This document shows, piece by piece, positions 38,901 to 47,911 of a stretch of DNA of 64,000 nucleotides; positions within the stretch are counted from its first letter, which is position 1, and each line of letters starts with the position of its first letter. The notes beneath the pieces are model-generated. The model searched no databases. It saw only the letters and a program-made list of their open reading frames with translations, and was not told the DNA's origin. The stretch is from Verrucomicrobiota bacterium (GTDB lineage: Bacteria; Verrucomicrobiota; Verrucomicrobiia; Limisphaerales; AAA164-E04). The stretch is taken from assembly GCA_047947115.1 (NCBI GenBank), contig CP170459.1, positions 96,001 through 160,000 of the forward strand. Reading direction: 5' to 3'. A program made the position numbers and the translations under genes.

Positions 38901-41704
38901 GGACGATACCAAACGACTTTGATGCTCTCATTATTGGGGTCGATATTGACCGGTATGATGGCCCCCATAGAGGCGGACTCCATGCCTGCTGAGTCAGGAT
39001 TCAGATAGGCACTTGGATCATATCTATCAGAACTTTCCGGGAGTATGAATCCAGCCATGTAATCGTAAGGGCCTGTCGCAAGGTTTGCCTGAGCAGGAGG
39101 TGTCAGCCTCTCTCCAACGTGCGCTATCAACCCTTGATACAATAAGGGACCACCTGATAAAGGATCACTCAAAAAATCATTATCCAGCTCAGTTGCCAAT
39201 GTTGCTATCCCCTCAGAGTCCACCTGTGCGAAACCAAACACTTGTTGAGCAACGCCCTCTCGTGGTTTCAGGAATTCAAGCAACTGTTTCCCCTCATCAT
39301 CGGCATAAAGCTGAGAGATTTCATCATTTGTTAGCGCGCGATCCCAAAGGGCTATATCATCGATAGCGCCGTTCCAAAACCTGTTTGCTTTGTTAGGATT
39401 TGAGCCAATCCGCATTCTTCGTTTACTTGAGCTTAAAACACTATGAGAGGAGTTTGAAGCCACTAGCTCACCATCAATATAAAGTTTGGTTCCGTTTGCC
39501 TGATCCGCAACAGCAACAACATGATGCCAAAGCTGATCTTCAACATTGCTACCGAGTCCAGAGGCTATTTCCCCAGTATCAGCATTACCACCAGAAAAGG
39601 ACAGGCTCTGGGTTTGTTCATGCCGATGCAATCGCCAATTGGATCCTTCGCCTTGCGCAATCAGAGCTTGCCATTTTGTATTGAAACCATCCACCTGAAA
39701 CCAGGAGGACAGGGTCATGCTACCGTCTGCAAATGAAAGGCCATCAACAGAACCACCGATTATTTGCACATACTGCTGCTTATCAGGATCAAGAACAATG
39801 GAGCGACCGAAACCTGACTTTCCTTCTTCAAGCGCAATTGCTTTACTTCCCTTGGGTTGACCGTCGTAAACACCAACCAGGTCAGCAAAAGCCGATCCCT
39901 TTTGTAACTCTGTTTCCTCGTTGAAATTCCAGTAGGCCACCAATCCTGACTCCAGACTCGAATGGGTAGGCGGCGCGCTCCAGATCCCGAGTTCTCTCGC
40001 TGGCACCTTCACAGTCATCGACTGAGTGGAGCGGGCAAGGTCTCCACTATTGAGATGCGGTTCGAACCATGAAAAAACCCGTTCAAAACTGACAACACCA
40101 TTGTTGTTATAGCTTAATAGGCACCGATGCTGCGGTTGAGATGAATCAAGGTAAGTGTAGAACTTGAGATCCCCATCAAGATAAGCACGTTGCTGATCGA
40201 GCGGGTCTTGATATTCCACAACAGCGTTGGACTCATGAGGGATGTTCACCGCTGTTAACTTGGCTTCATTTTTATCACCCGCTGCAGGTCGGATATAGTG
40301 AGAAAAATCTGCCGGATCAGATGGCCAATTGAAGCGATATCGAATATGGAGGAAAGGCCACTTGATATTCAAGGTTCCTTCGCGGTGCCAAATAATCTGA
40401 ACATCGTTGTAGTGTAAGGTTTCGTTCGTGGCATAGTATTCTGGTTTTGAATCTGCTGAACGACTAACAGTTTTGATAAAACCTCCTGACGCATCATTTC
40501 CCTGGGCAATGTAGGAAGCATACAAGGAAGTTTCATCGAGTCCTGTATCCTCATCGGACACAGTAACTTTCTCCCCAATCAGGATATTCACATCTCGAGG
40601 ATTGGAGCTTTTCATGATATCGACAATTTCAAAACCTAGGTGTTGACGATTACCTTCCGAGTTGAGTTCTCCCAATAGTTCAACGAAAACCCTTCCCGTT
40701 GCATTCAATGCGAAGAGGGCGTCACTTTCTCGCCAAAGAGTCTTGTTGTATACTAAGTTGGAAGGCTCACCTGTAGTTAGACCCTCCATTTCTTTGATAA
40801 TACCATCCGACACTGTCTCCGGGACGCTCGCATTGAAAACCACTTTTATTTCCGGAATAAACGAAGCAGAAAGTTGAACAGGGGGGCCTTGGTAGCCTGC
40901 TGCGTTCCAGTAAATTTTTTGGGGGGGTTTAATTGGCGTACCACTTGTTGTGTATGTCTTTTCAAGCAACCTGAAGTATTTACCCTGATCGTAAACCCAT
41001 TTGCTGGCATCTGCGGCATCTGCGGGTACCGATGTTTCGCTCACTGCTTTGCGCCAAGTGATCCTGATGGTGCCGGGCTGGGTAGCGTATATAGTGTTGG
41101 CGTGTGGACTGAAATAGTAACCTTTGGATTCATGAGTTTCATCACCTGAGAGGTACGGTTCTGATCGATAATAGGCACTGGGATTCAACAATGCCGTGTC
41201 ATTTTCATCCTCTGAGGGCAAGGGAATGACACTTCCAAATTTAAAATCAATCGATCTTTGAATTAAGTGTCCGCCAATCTTGGCACGCTGTAAAATAAAG
41301 CCACCTTTGGTTTCGTTGCGTGGCAAACCCAATAGATTCGCTTTTTCAATTTCGGTGACCGATGCGTCCAATGACGCGGTAAACGTTGGATCCAGTGCAA
41401 CATTACCTGCAAACCCATTGAATGATCGGAATTGCCCAGCGGTAGGCTCAAAAAGAGACGGGCCATCATTATCTGGATAAGATTTCAATGTGCCATTGGA
41501 ACCAGGATCAGCAGGATTTGCCGAAATAGGCATTCCCGCCAAACTGCTCCTGTTGTCAACAACACTGGAATGGGTGTTGGACAGAGGAGTAGTGATTATT
41601 TCTGCAGCATGAAGCAACGGACCGCTTAACGTGAGAAAAAGGTAAAGATTTAGTGACCATTGGACGTATTTCATTATTTTTTCAAATACTGTATGGAAAA
41701 GCAT
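32915..41704 (-). CDS. 2929-aa secreted protein with LamG/ConA-like domain and TcA-like (Tc toxin A subunit) C-terminal region; start may be ATG 41674
   Basis: Signal peptide; LVAYWNFNE...WHHVVAV..LYIDG...GAIDDIALWDRALT; LPEVFIAGFSVGG; YSQMFDLAARSVFLAASAFDYE; terminal WKLVIP...VDDIKLHFKTYSY. Confidence 0.65.
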   Translation of the reverse strand: MLFHTVFEKIMKYVQWSLNLYLFLTLSGPLLHAAEIITTPLSNTHSSVVDNRSSLAGMPISANPADPGSNGTLKSYPDNDGPSLFEPTAGQFRSFNGFAGNVALDPTFTASLDASVTEIEKANLLGLPRNETKGGFILQRAKIGGHLIQRSIDFKFGSVIPLPSEDENDTALLNPSAYYRSEPYLSGDETHESKGYYFSPHANTIYATQPGTIRITWRKAVSETSVPADAADASKWVYDQGKYFRLLEKTYTTSGTPIKPPQKIYWNAAGYQGPPVQLSASFIPEIKVVFNASVPETVSDGIIKEMEGLTTGEPSNLVYNKTLWRESDALFALNATGRVFVELLGELNSEGNRQHLGFEIVDIMKSSNPRDVNILIGEKVTVSDEDTGLDETSLYASYIAQGNDASGGFIKTVSRSADSKPEYYATNETLHYNDVQIIWHREGTLNIKWPFLHIRYRFNWPSDPADFSHYIRPAAGDKNEAKLTAVNIPHESNAVVEYQDPLDQQRAYLDGDLKFYTYLDSSQPQHRCLLSYNNNGVVSFERVFSWFEPHLNSGDLARSTQSMTVKVPARELGIWSAPPTHSSLESGLVAYWNFNEETELQKGSAFADLVGVYDGQPKGSKAIALEEGKSGFGRSIVLDPDKQQYVQIIGGSVDGLSFADGSMTLSSWFQVDGFNTKWQALIAQGEGSNWRLHRHEQTQSLSFSGGNADTGEIASGLGSNVEDQLWHHVVAVADQANGTKLYIDGELVASNSSHSVLSSSKRRMRIGSNPNKANRFWNGAIDDIALWDRALTNDEISQLYADDEGKQLLEFLKPREGVAQQVFGFAQVDSEGIATLATELDNDFLSDPLSGGPLLYQGLIAHVGERLTPPAQANLATGPYDYMAGFILPESSDRYDPSAYLNPDSAGMESASMGAIIPVNIDPNNESIKVVWYRPSQANIPDIYWPAVEAHYTIQWPALSSEIIMARGDGSGDLDAYESKGTIYRQPDDSIAGYNPNEEHALIIGGRAYALRDDLNVDLLQADASTPYTSDPYVLVKYTAMDGRPAMSVFHVSREKPDQGILFDYVVEAGGMLQAPMPLPYLPVPISDTTGQPVTFYNSESTEDLPANWDALTADDRLSLDAYKRYTYQDRKGHHLVYRGSHDGVPALDAGAYDVLNHQWSDQSMIHVSEGEFFEWHLHATQRGAMVQMFFHEDYSPPNWLRISGGILEGRPYIDGNDVFNEDIQLTVVSLDGESNPIDLTVAITVEPDSNPVVTTETQGPLSIEHSGKLYTGRPPYLTLSADEDGTDAFKMKFYYQNQSTFDWPHFASQPDEDDVVPYLLPDGINRTAAASEQTDSLEIVYRPVWPTDVPVIELGDTLVEPKSGLPDVSGQVTLRLLYDQSIANSIDVTNGAYISSAVLYDPTRAKMADLQGDLPTSMNQHSMNGKVYFPDLPPHLSNRFYFDPAYKHDEVSGKLVFLGEYKKEIVGDSYLLPNILDSDEGNLLVQLASETDWRNAVADLTTSMVTYYRDPANPNLWKANEGSSSVVGYSSDTAAGTHLIASHEAAIITSDDQAVDSYALAIPGEGKGYLTLLANDGNNPSYEGLPITAYVIRVADTQENGEVKSIYSSNPLDEKITFYHTLDFSGQYNLFEYEWYLSPTDQGAAPSLPEFVDGNLQLGDWVKKQYGEGRHFYILGSGGIEVLGDNYVTMRYKPLDKTNHLKKNEWSAFTEPQLAEGWIKRVLAGINPFNQRLSDLLNNQADLSTSMLTQAGTRWEGDVALNLENMNDHGLIAIYETVLNKGISFFEGYDAGPADASDALLLVSGYLNDLYHFLGDEAYTDAKDPSIGMSNEDATYGDYATSLFAFKGQVASLLEEELCLLRGRDFMHQPSFQTRPIYNRLFWNYTRGIDSGEVIYSLNYNIKENLDLEQGDGVIDAADAASMYPQGHGDAVGHYLTALKGYYKLIMKPWFQWNPRVEAVSVLGVPVSVDYMDERKFASSAYSWHQASMAIIEATRRMDYQPVKDVGWDHLGRGAIQEAESKTYLKGEEEVPYRRAWGVDHWVARTAQGDLINWAVGNSMLPDEVDKEGIEKVDRQTVVELSSLAHASFELQSLQDSLDGGLTPLNFTADTVTFDIDPNRILGIAREETTGHFEQLYDKAVVALSAAIDSFYHIKRFSGKLHEDENTLDTLRDEVELQEYLYESELIDLLGQPYPDDVGPGKLYSQGYTGPDYYHYMYTNEDSALHGFSGRGTTFQIDKQSMPLDWELIPSDWDDWDDEKNGFEWWTKLDDPTYDNPEDGISNFVVYHLDEHGIPEKPDSYQSRRPAAGELQIAVTEVKSAYYQLTAALNSLTTWTANFDGSVAAYNATRRIENELWEVQESVMDRENDNSAMAASLEALTLLTDAIIYDMDLVKDVLKELPEVFIAGFSVGGDMPKAAKIPGYFTASLVQELTMLGQMAYAQTINGIITSNDIKNNEDTVKGNHTAETNLRRIDSGNDMSGQFAEFVDLVESAAYLADEYEGKRLAMEQIKARAERLIQERHIMRQHVSRRIQGLRTRNAGLRIFREETQDRYSQMFDLAARSVFLAASAFDYETGLLGTQSGQQFLNRIIATRSLGVMIDGIPQITGSDMGDPGLASILAELKFNWNVLEPRLGINNPDTYGTTFSLRTERYRIYPDQSGESAWQDVLLNAYKNNLLEDSDIQKLCLQIDDGSGLPVPGLLFEFSTRIEKGYNLFGHILNPGDNTFSTSSFANKIFGAGVALEGYEGMSDFLSNTQVVGSLGGSSPAGGFNWLNPDALSATPYIYLIPVGQDIMRTPPLGDQTGLRQWSVEETILPIPFNIGDNPFNFARIFDQGLSVANGNADFPIRKHQAFRAVSTSDVFVQMNHVMDNYTNNRLVGRSVWNTHWKLVIPGDTLLNNPKEGIKRFIRTVDDIKLHFKTYSYSGN

Positions 41705-41712
41705 ATAAGTGA

Positions 41713-43512
41713 TTAATTTTGCAGGAACAGTCGGTTGACTAGAACTTGCTGTAATATGAATGTACCTTGTAGATCAATCGAACGATTGAAACCATTTCCC
41801 TCGAGAGTAAGTGTCTCTTCGTAGATACCTCCCTTATTACTGCCAGCCAGAATAATATCCTCGAAACTTCCTGAATGTGTGGTGAATTTGAAAGTCATTT
41901 GGCGCCTTATACCGAAAGATTCATTCCCTTGACTCAATTGATTGCTGAAGGAGGCATCCAGATTATCATGATCTGGATGAAAGGCGTGCAGGAAAGGATT
42001 ATTGTCGTAACTATCGTAATCAGTTGTAATGTCGAATTGAATAACCCCACCGAGCGCTATGTCTTGTTTGGGGGTAGAAGTTGTATCGACTTTAAAACTG
42101 CTGGCTGGGAGATTGTCGGCTGTGAACGGAAGATGAGTCGTACTGAATCGATGCACATTTTCCAGCCGTAGCGTATCTGCTCCAATGCTGATCATTTCGG
42201 TATTACTGGCCACCAACTCCCCTGCTGAATCGAACCCTGCAGGAATGAGTCCGGAAAAAACTCGCTGAAACAAATGGAGATCAGTCGTTTGATCATCGCC
42301 CTCCCCCCTGTAGAGTATGTAACGAAGCGGGAATTTGGTTGGAACCGGTGTGGGTGATGGTTTGTCAGCCTCTGAAGTAGTGGCATTATACATTGCTGAT
42401 ACTTTGTCCAGAAAAACATTACCTGCCCACATACCATTCATCCCCCTGGGCTCTGCCATAACAGGAATGTTAAATTGAGAGTGCCCAGCCTCATCTTCGA
42501 GTTGCAGGATGCCGGAAAACCTCGCGACGTCATCTGCGAGGATGGACCGATCCAGAGCAATGGAGAGATCCCATTGAGAGTCGTATTCACCCTTAGCGCC
42601 AAGTTTAATTGTGAAGTCTTCGCAAGGGCAGTGATCAGAAGTCTCTTTACCGTTGATTCCATAGGAAACTTGCATGAGCAGTGCCTCTCCAATGGCTGAT
42701 TCATTGCCTTGACCTGCAGGAGGAGACTCACTGTTGATCGTGGATGCATTCACAATAATTGCCGAGTCAGTGTTGTTCTGTATTCGTAATTTCAGCACTT
42801 GCATGTGATCCCCAAAATCAAGACCATTTGGATTTGACAAGCTAATGCTGAATGGAGCCACGTAGTGATCATTTGAGAGACCATCATTAACCCAGTAAGC
42901 CGTTCCTCGTGACAAGGGCGTTATTTCCGGGAAATTCACCTCCTTGGCTATATTGCTATCTCCACTGATGTCGTAAGCATAGATTGACGTATTTAGCTGA
43001 TCAGCTGTATTGCCTGCATGAGCTGCGAAATAACTTTCGATATTCAAGTCGGCTGAAGGGTGAACCGGAAAACCAACCAAATTTAAACCATCTGAATTAA
43101 AATGATAATTGGGAGGTTTGGGTTTACCCTTAATAGACAAACTCAGTGACGACGCAGCAGGGTCCACATAGAACAAATAAGCACTGTTGCCTACCAAAGC
43201 CTTGAGTTCTGACTCCAGGTCACCATTAATTTTTCGCCATACCACCCATCGAGAACTTGACTCGTTTGGGGAATCAGGGGATTGGACGGCAAACTGGGAA
43301 GTAGAGTTATCCGTTTTCCAATACCATATTTCATCGACTGGAAGCTCCCCGACAAGTGATGAGATCGATGCGTAACTGGCATCGACATGCAGATAGACAG
43401 AATTCCATCCAGGAACAAGGTTGAGTTGCTGAGTGAGCCATTGAGCATTCACTGAAACGTGAAAAGTGCCCGTTAAAAATAACAAGATGGCGCAGGATAG
43501 TTTTATTTTCAT
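41713..43512 (-). CDS. Secreted beta-rich hypothetical protein
   Basis: Signal peptide then QW.TQ.L.L.PGWNSVYL.V; G.NLVGF; C-terminal NPFLH.FHPDHDNLD. Confidence 0.75.
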   Translation of the reverse strand: MKIKLSCAILLFLTGTFHVSVNAQWLTQQLNLVPGWNSVYLHVDASYASISSLVGELPVDEIWYWKTDNSTSQFAVQSPDSPNESSSRWVVWRKINGDLESELKALVGNSAYLFYVDPAASSLSLSIKGKPKPPNYHFNSDGLNLVGFPVHPSADLNIESYFAAHAGNTADQLNTSIYAYDISGDSNIAKEVNFPEITPLSRGTAYWVNDGLSNDHYVAPFSISLSNPNGLDFGDHMQVLKLRIQNNTDSAIIVNASTINSESPPAGQGNESAIGEALLMQVSYGINGKETSDHCPCEDFTIKLGAKGEYDSQWDLSIALDRSILADDVARFSGILQLEDEAGHSQFNIPVMAEPRGMNGMWAGNVFLDKVSAMYNATTSEADKPSPTPVPTKFPLRYILYRGEGDDQTTDLHLFQRVFSGLIPAGFDSAGELVASNTEMISIGADTLRLENVHRFSTTHLPFTADNLPASSFKVDTTSTPKQDIALGGVIQFDITTDYDSYDNNPFLHAFHPDHDNLDASFSNQLSQGNESFGIRRQMTFKFTTHSGSFEDIILAGSNKGGIYEETLTLEGNGFNRSIDLQGTFILQQVLVNRLFLQN

Positions 43513-43556
43513 TTCAAAAAATGTTTCTTCGGAAAGGCGATATGAGAAAAATCTTA

Positions 43557-44879
43557 CTAATGAGTAATTGTGTTAAACTCAGTGACAGTGCAACTGAAGA
43601 AGTCGTTGTAATCTATGAAAGCAATACCATTAACTTCTATGTAAAGCTTGTAAGCACTGCCAGCAACAGTTGCAAATGCCTTGGATAAATGCATTGGTTG
43701 ATGAGAATAGCCAAAATTATGGTACTGCCAAAAAGACCAGCTTCCTTTCAGTTGATTGTTTTCGTAACACTTGAGAATATGGTCTGCTTTTCCTGCGCCG
43801 GATGTAAAACTCGAGCCTTTAGAGTCAACAGTGGCAAGCCCTCCAATGGCTGTAAAAGATCCCAGAAGAAATCGCCCGTTCACTTGTCCTTGGTTAGTTA
43901 CATTTCCCTGCTTCAGGTCATGAATAGCAACCAGCGGTCTTCCATTTTTGAGAATGGCACCCGTATTGAAATCCAAAGGTCTGTTTTCACTTGTTTGAAG
44001 AGTTGCTTGAGAGTCCGAATTTTTGAAGGTCAATGTGGTTCCATTTGCAACTCCGGTCGGGGAGTGAAGAACCAATGACTCCTCTTGTGCAGGATTGATA
44101 TTGACCGTTCCACCGCTGATATCCAGATCACCCTCGAAAAGAATCTGCCCTTTGACATCCAGAGTTGCAGAAGGGTTTATTTTACCAACTGCCAACATAC
44201 CATTCTCGGTTGTCATAACCGGTGAGACAACTCCCGAAGCATCGACCTTGGATACGATTAATTCACCTTGTGTTATCAACCCTCCCGAAGCCTGAACTTC
44301 TCCTAGAACATCAAGTGCTGATGCTGGTTGGGGTACACCGATGCCCACTTTATTGCCTTCAGTGACGAGCACATCTCCATCAGTCCCAACAATCCGCTCG
44401 GCAGTGTTCGCATGCCCTGCCAGTAGTGAGAATGGATTCGAAAGCAATTGTAGCCTGGGGAGAACTTCTCGCATGCCATCGTCGACCTTGACGGACAATC
44501 CGATGTAGAGTTCCTGACTGGAAGCTGCCTTGAACACGGTATCCAGTGCTTAGTGCGGTTCGGAGTTATATGGACTTCCCTCCCCCAGCTTGACGCTGAA
44601 ATGACCAGCGTTCACGATCACTGTTTGAAACTCTCCCCACAACACATGAGTCGAGCCTTCGCTTGATTCGTCGTCATGAATACGAAAGACAACATCATAA
44701 TTTGCTGGGAATTCCTTTCCCAGAACCTGCCCTTCAGCATCGGTCAGGAAGCCCTGATAGGCCATGAGACCGATCGGTTTGATGGTCGCCGATTGAGCAT
44801 CCACCGTCAGGAAAGAAACCACACAAAGGAGTCGGAGTGCAGTAATGCCAAGTTTGCGCATAATTATTTTATTAAACAT
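43557..44879 (-). pseudogene. 'YQG-LTD' domain tail-fibre-like protein split by an in-frame TAA at 44550-44552
   Basis: Reads ..PYNSEPH*ALDTVFK.. in one frame, aligning with paralogs EPHPNLSEIF / EPNPSLNYAF; VGIG..P...LDV.G repeats. Confidence 0.8.
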
Positions 44880-44901
44880 CGGGGTTTAGTTTTTTTTGCC
44901 T

Positions 44902-46281
44902 TCAAAGCATTCGGCGAAATTTAAACGTATAGGTCGTCGAGCTTGAGGATTTATTTGATCTTATTTGAAGCTGAGGAGGGACCGCATTTGGGCGTAAATT
45001 GATTCGAAGATAAATCCGATCACCGTTAAAGGCGTGAGCGGCTGCAGATAGAGGAATATCATGAGCACTGGAATCGTTTACTGCATCACTACGCCAGGCA
45101 ACGATGCCTGAATATCGCGCGTTCCAATGATACCCACCACTATCTCCATTGTGAAATGTAAGCTCCATTAAATAAGTGCCGTCTGGCATGCTGTTACCAA
45201 TAAAAGCCGTTTGCCAATTTGAATTAACAGACAATTGTTTGGTGATAATTTTGACCGTATCGATAGCGGTGCCTTGCCGTAAATTGACGCCAGAATGTGT
45301 CAATGTACCACTGGTTTTGAGTTGCCCGGGGACGATGACTTCCCCTCCTTGATGACCCAGCCATAAATCCCTGTTGTCTGAAGGCTGCAGGTAAGCATGC
45401 GTGTCATCGATCCCCATCTGGAGATCAGCCGAAACAGCGACTCCCTCTGGAGTTTCGATCAGGACACCACTTTCACCCGAGGGTGGCTTGACGCTGATAC
45501 TGCCGTTTTGTATCACGACTTCGCCATTTGTTCTCAAATCTCCACCGACATCCAAGGTTACCGTAGGCACGCTGACCCCTATCCCTACATTACCACTTGC
45601 CGTCTGCAGCACAGGCGTTGCGGTTAAACCGTCTGCAGAAACAGACTGAACGCTTAATTCTCCCTGAGTGAGTAGACCAGAGGAAGCACGGATGTCCCCA
45701 TTGACATCCAGTGTGTGCTCTGGAGTTGCTTCTCCAATCCCAATATTTTCACCTGAAGTCACAAGAAGATCTCCGCCGTTTTCGCCTTTAATGCTGCCTG
45801 CAGTATTCGAATGACTGGACAGGAAGCTGTAAGGCGTCGTAAGAAATCTCAAACGTGGAAGAATTTCGATCGCCCCCTCTGCCGTGGTGAGGGTCATCCC
45901 CAGATATCTTTCAGGATTATTCTCGCCGATGAAAATCTCACTTAAATTCGGATGAGGCTCGTCTTGATATGGGGTACCCTGCCCAAGCTGCACACTGAAA
46001 TTGCCTTGATCAACGACAACAGTTTGCATTTCTGACCACTTGAGGTTGGCAACCGTCCCCCCTGATTCTGTGTCATGCACACGAAAAACAACATCGTAGT
46101 TTGCGGCGTTTGCTTTCCCCAGAACCTCTCCAGCTGCATCGGTCAAAAAACCCTGATAGGTAATTCCGCTGGGAGGATTTGTTTGACCTGAAAGGCTGGC
46201 TGTAAAAAATGTGAGACAGGAAAACAGGGTGAAATAAACGATCTTCGGACAGTTAACGTAAAAAAAATTTCTAGTTTTCAT
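44902..46281 (-). CDS. Secreted 'YQG-LTD' domain protein with tail-fibre-like VGIG repeats and a unique C-terminal domain
   Basis: Signal peptide; YQGFLTDAAG...YDVVFR.HD..W.E.QTVVV..G.FSV.LG.G..EILPRL....PYSFL; IGIG..TP..TLDV.G repeats. Confidence 0.8.
   Translation of the reverse strand: MKTRNFFYVNCPKIVYFTLFSCLTFFTASLSGQTNPPSGITYQGFLTDAAGEVLGKANAANYDVVFRVHDTESGGTVANLKWSEMQTVVVDQGNFSVQLGQGTPYQDEPHPNLSEIFIGENNPERYLGMTLTTAEGAIEILPRLRFLTTPYSFLSSHSNTAGSIKGENGGDLLVTSGENIGIGEATPEHTLDVNGDIRASSGLLTQGELSVQSVSADGLTATPVLQTASGNVGIGVSVPTVTLDVGGDLRTNGEVVIQNGSISVKPPSGESGVLIETPEGVAVSADLQMGIDDTHAYLQPSDNRDLWLGHQGGEVIVPGQLKTSGTLTHSGVNLRQGTAIDTVKIITKQLSVNSNWQTAFIGNSMPDGTYLMELTFHNGDSGGYHWNARYSGIVAWRSDAVNDSSAHDIPLSAAAHAFNGDRIYLRINLRPNAVPPQLQIRSNKSSSSTTYTFKFRRML
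45629..45818. repeat. 190-bp exact direct repeat, copy 1
   Basis: Identical base for base to 47211-47400. Confidence 0.92.
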
Positions 46282-46318
46282 ATGTCTATGTAAGGATTTC
46301 CAATAAAATATAAGATTC

Positions 46319-47875
46319 TTACTGGGATTTCTCCGAAATCAATTCCTCTAACTTGCTGATTCGTTTTTTCAGCTCTTCTATTTCCCTGTCTTTTTCCTGC
46401 TTGAGCTCTTGAACGCCCTTGAGAGAGATGAGTCCAAAACTGGTGTAGCCCACGGACAAATATGTATCGCCATTGATGTTTTCAGATTCAGTGACCAGAT
46501 CAGGGAAGAGTGGCTGAACCTCCTGTGCAATCACTCCCAGCATGGGCACTCTTGCTTCTTGTGCGTCCTCTTTCCATCTAAACCGCCGAAGAGGAGTTTT
46601 CATGATTCGTTCCAGAAAGGGTTCTGCATCCGCAATATCTTTTTTCAATCTCCTGTCTGAGTAAAAATCCCAGTTTGAATCACCGTCATAAGATGCCTCA
46701 AGACCGCCATTCCCGAGATTTTTCCCACCCACCCTCGTACTTCTGTTTGAATGATCACGCCTGAGCCAGCCATAGCCGTTGGCCACATAAATGCCGTCTC
46801 CGTTGCGCGTGCTTATGTTTCCGTTGGCATTGATACCTCCATTTGCTGTGATCCCCCCCCCTACAGTTAGGCTGGATGTTAAATTCATGGATCCACTGAC
46901 GCTGAGATTTCCAGATGTTCGAACGCCTCCACTTCCGCCAAGACGCAACGCTTGCGCACCAGATGGCACGATGGACGCTTCACTGCTGGACAATTTCATT
47001 TGAAGCGTTGTTTCGGGAGTAACACCGATGCCTGTTTTAAGGGTCAGTCCGGGTTCACCTGATGCGGGCTGAGCAATGAACCCACCATTTTCAGTGTCCA
47101 GATTCCCTCTGACGATAGTATCACCTCCTACATCCAGCAGTGCAGCAGGCTGAGTGACGCCTATGCCGACATGGCCACTTGATGTCTGCAAAACAGGGGT
47201 TAAGGTGACGCCGTCTGCAGAAACAGACTGAACGCTTAATTCTCCCTGAGTGAGTAGACCAGAGGAAGCACGGATGTCCCCATTGACATCCAGTGTGTGC
47301 TCTGGAGTTGCTTCTCCAATCCCAATATTTTCACCTGAAGTCACAAGAAGATCTCCGCCGTTTTCGCCTTTAATGCTGCCTGCAGTATTCGAATGACTGG
47401 CCAAAAAACTGTAAGGCGAGGAAAGGATCTGCAATCGCGGTAGGATCTCAATAAAATCTGCCTCATTGGCTGTCTTCAGCGAAATACCAATGTACCTTTC
47501 AGATCCATCTGTATCGGTGAACGCATAATTTAGAGAAGGGTTTGGCTCAGTGCCATAGGGTGATCCTTCACCCAGTTTGACACTGAAATGACCTTGATCA
47601 ATCACAACCGTCTGAAGTTCGGACCAAAGGATATTGATGGATGCATTCCCGCTCTCGGAGTCATGTATTCTAAATACCACATCGTAATTTGCAGGCTGAG
47701 TTTTACCAAGGACCTCACCGCTGGCGTCAGTGAGAAAACCTTGATAAGCAATCAGCTCAACTGGCGTGGCGCTAGCCGCCACGGCAACCGGCCCTCGGAG
47801 TATTTCAACGCCCATCACAAAAGTAATGGCAAGATAAAATGTTATTGTGATTTTGAGTTTCTTGAACATGAGCAA
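46319..47875 (-). CDS. Secreted 'YQG-LTD' domain tail-fibre-like protein with C-terminal peptidase S74 intramolecular chaperone
   Basis: Same N-terminal domain; Gly-rich beta repeats; YSDRRLKKDI...F.WK...GVIAQEV...FPDLV followed by a coiled coil. Confidence 0.85.
   Translation of the reverse strand: MLMFKKLKITITFYLAITFVMGVEILRGPVAVAASATPVELIAYQGFLTDASGEVLGKTQPANYDVVFRIHDSESGNASINILWSELQTVVIDQGHFSVKLGEGSPYGTEPNPSLNYAFTDTDGSERYIGISLKTANEADFIEILPRLQILSSPYSFLASHSNTAGSIKGENGGDLLVTSGENIGIGEATPEHTLDVNGDIRASSGLLTQGELSVQSVSADGVTLTPVLQTSSGHVGIGVTQPAALLDVGGDTIVRGNLDTENGGFIAQPASGEPGLTLKTGIGVTPETTLQMKLSSSEASIVPSGAQALRLGGSGGVRTSGNLSVSGSMNLTSSLTVGGGITANGGINANGNISTRNGDGIYVANGYGWLRRDHSNRSTRVGGKNLGNGGLEASYDGDSNWDFYSDRRLKKDIADAEPFLERIMKTPLRRFRWKEDAQEARVPMLGVIAQEVQPLFPDLVTESENINGDTYLSVGYTSFGLISLKGVQELKQEKDREIEELKKRISKLEELISEKSQ
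47211..47400. repeat. 190-bp exact direct repeat, copy 2
   Basis: Identical to 45629-45818. Confidence 0.92.
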
Positions 47876-47911
47876 AATAGGATGGTCGCTTTAATGAAAT
47901 GAAGATGTCCT

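Noticed and set aside
45629..47400. Diversity-generating retroelement TR/VR pair
   Set aside because: The copies are identical with no adenine-specific mismatches, lie mid-gene, and no reverse transcriptase is in the window.
43557..47875. Prophage tail or contractile injection system
   Set aside because: The fibre-like genes have signal peptides, and no capsid, portal, large terminase, sheath, tube or baseplate gene is recognisable.
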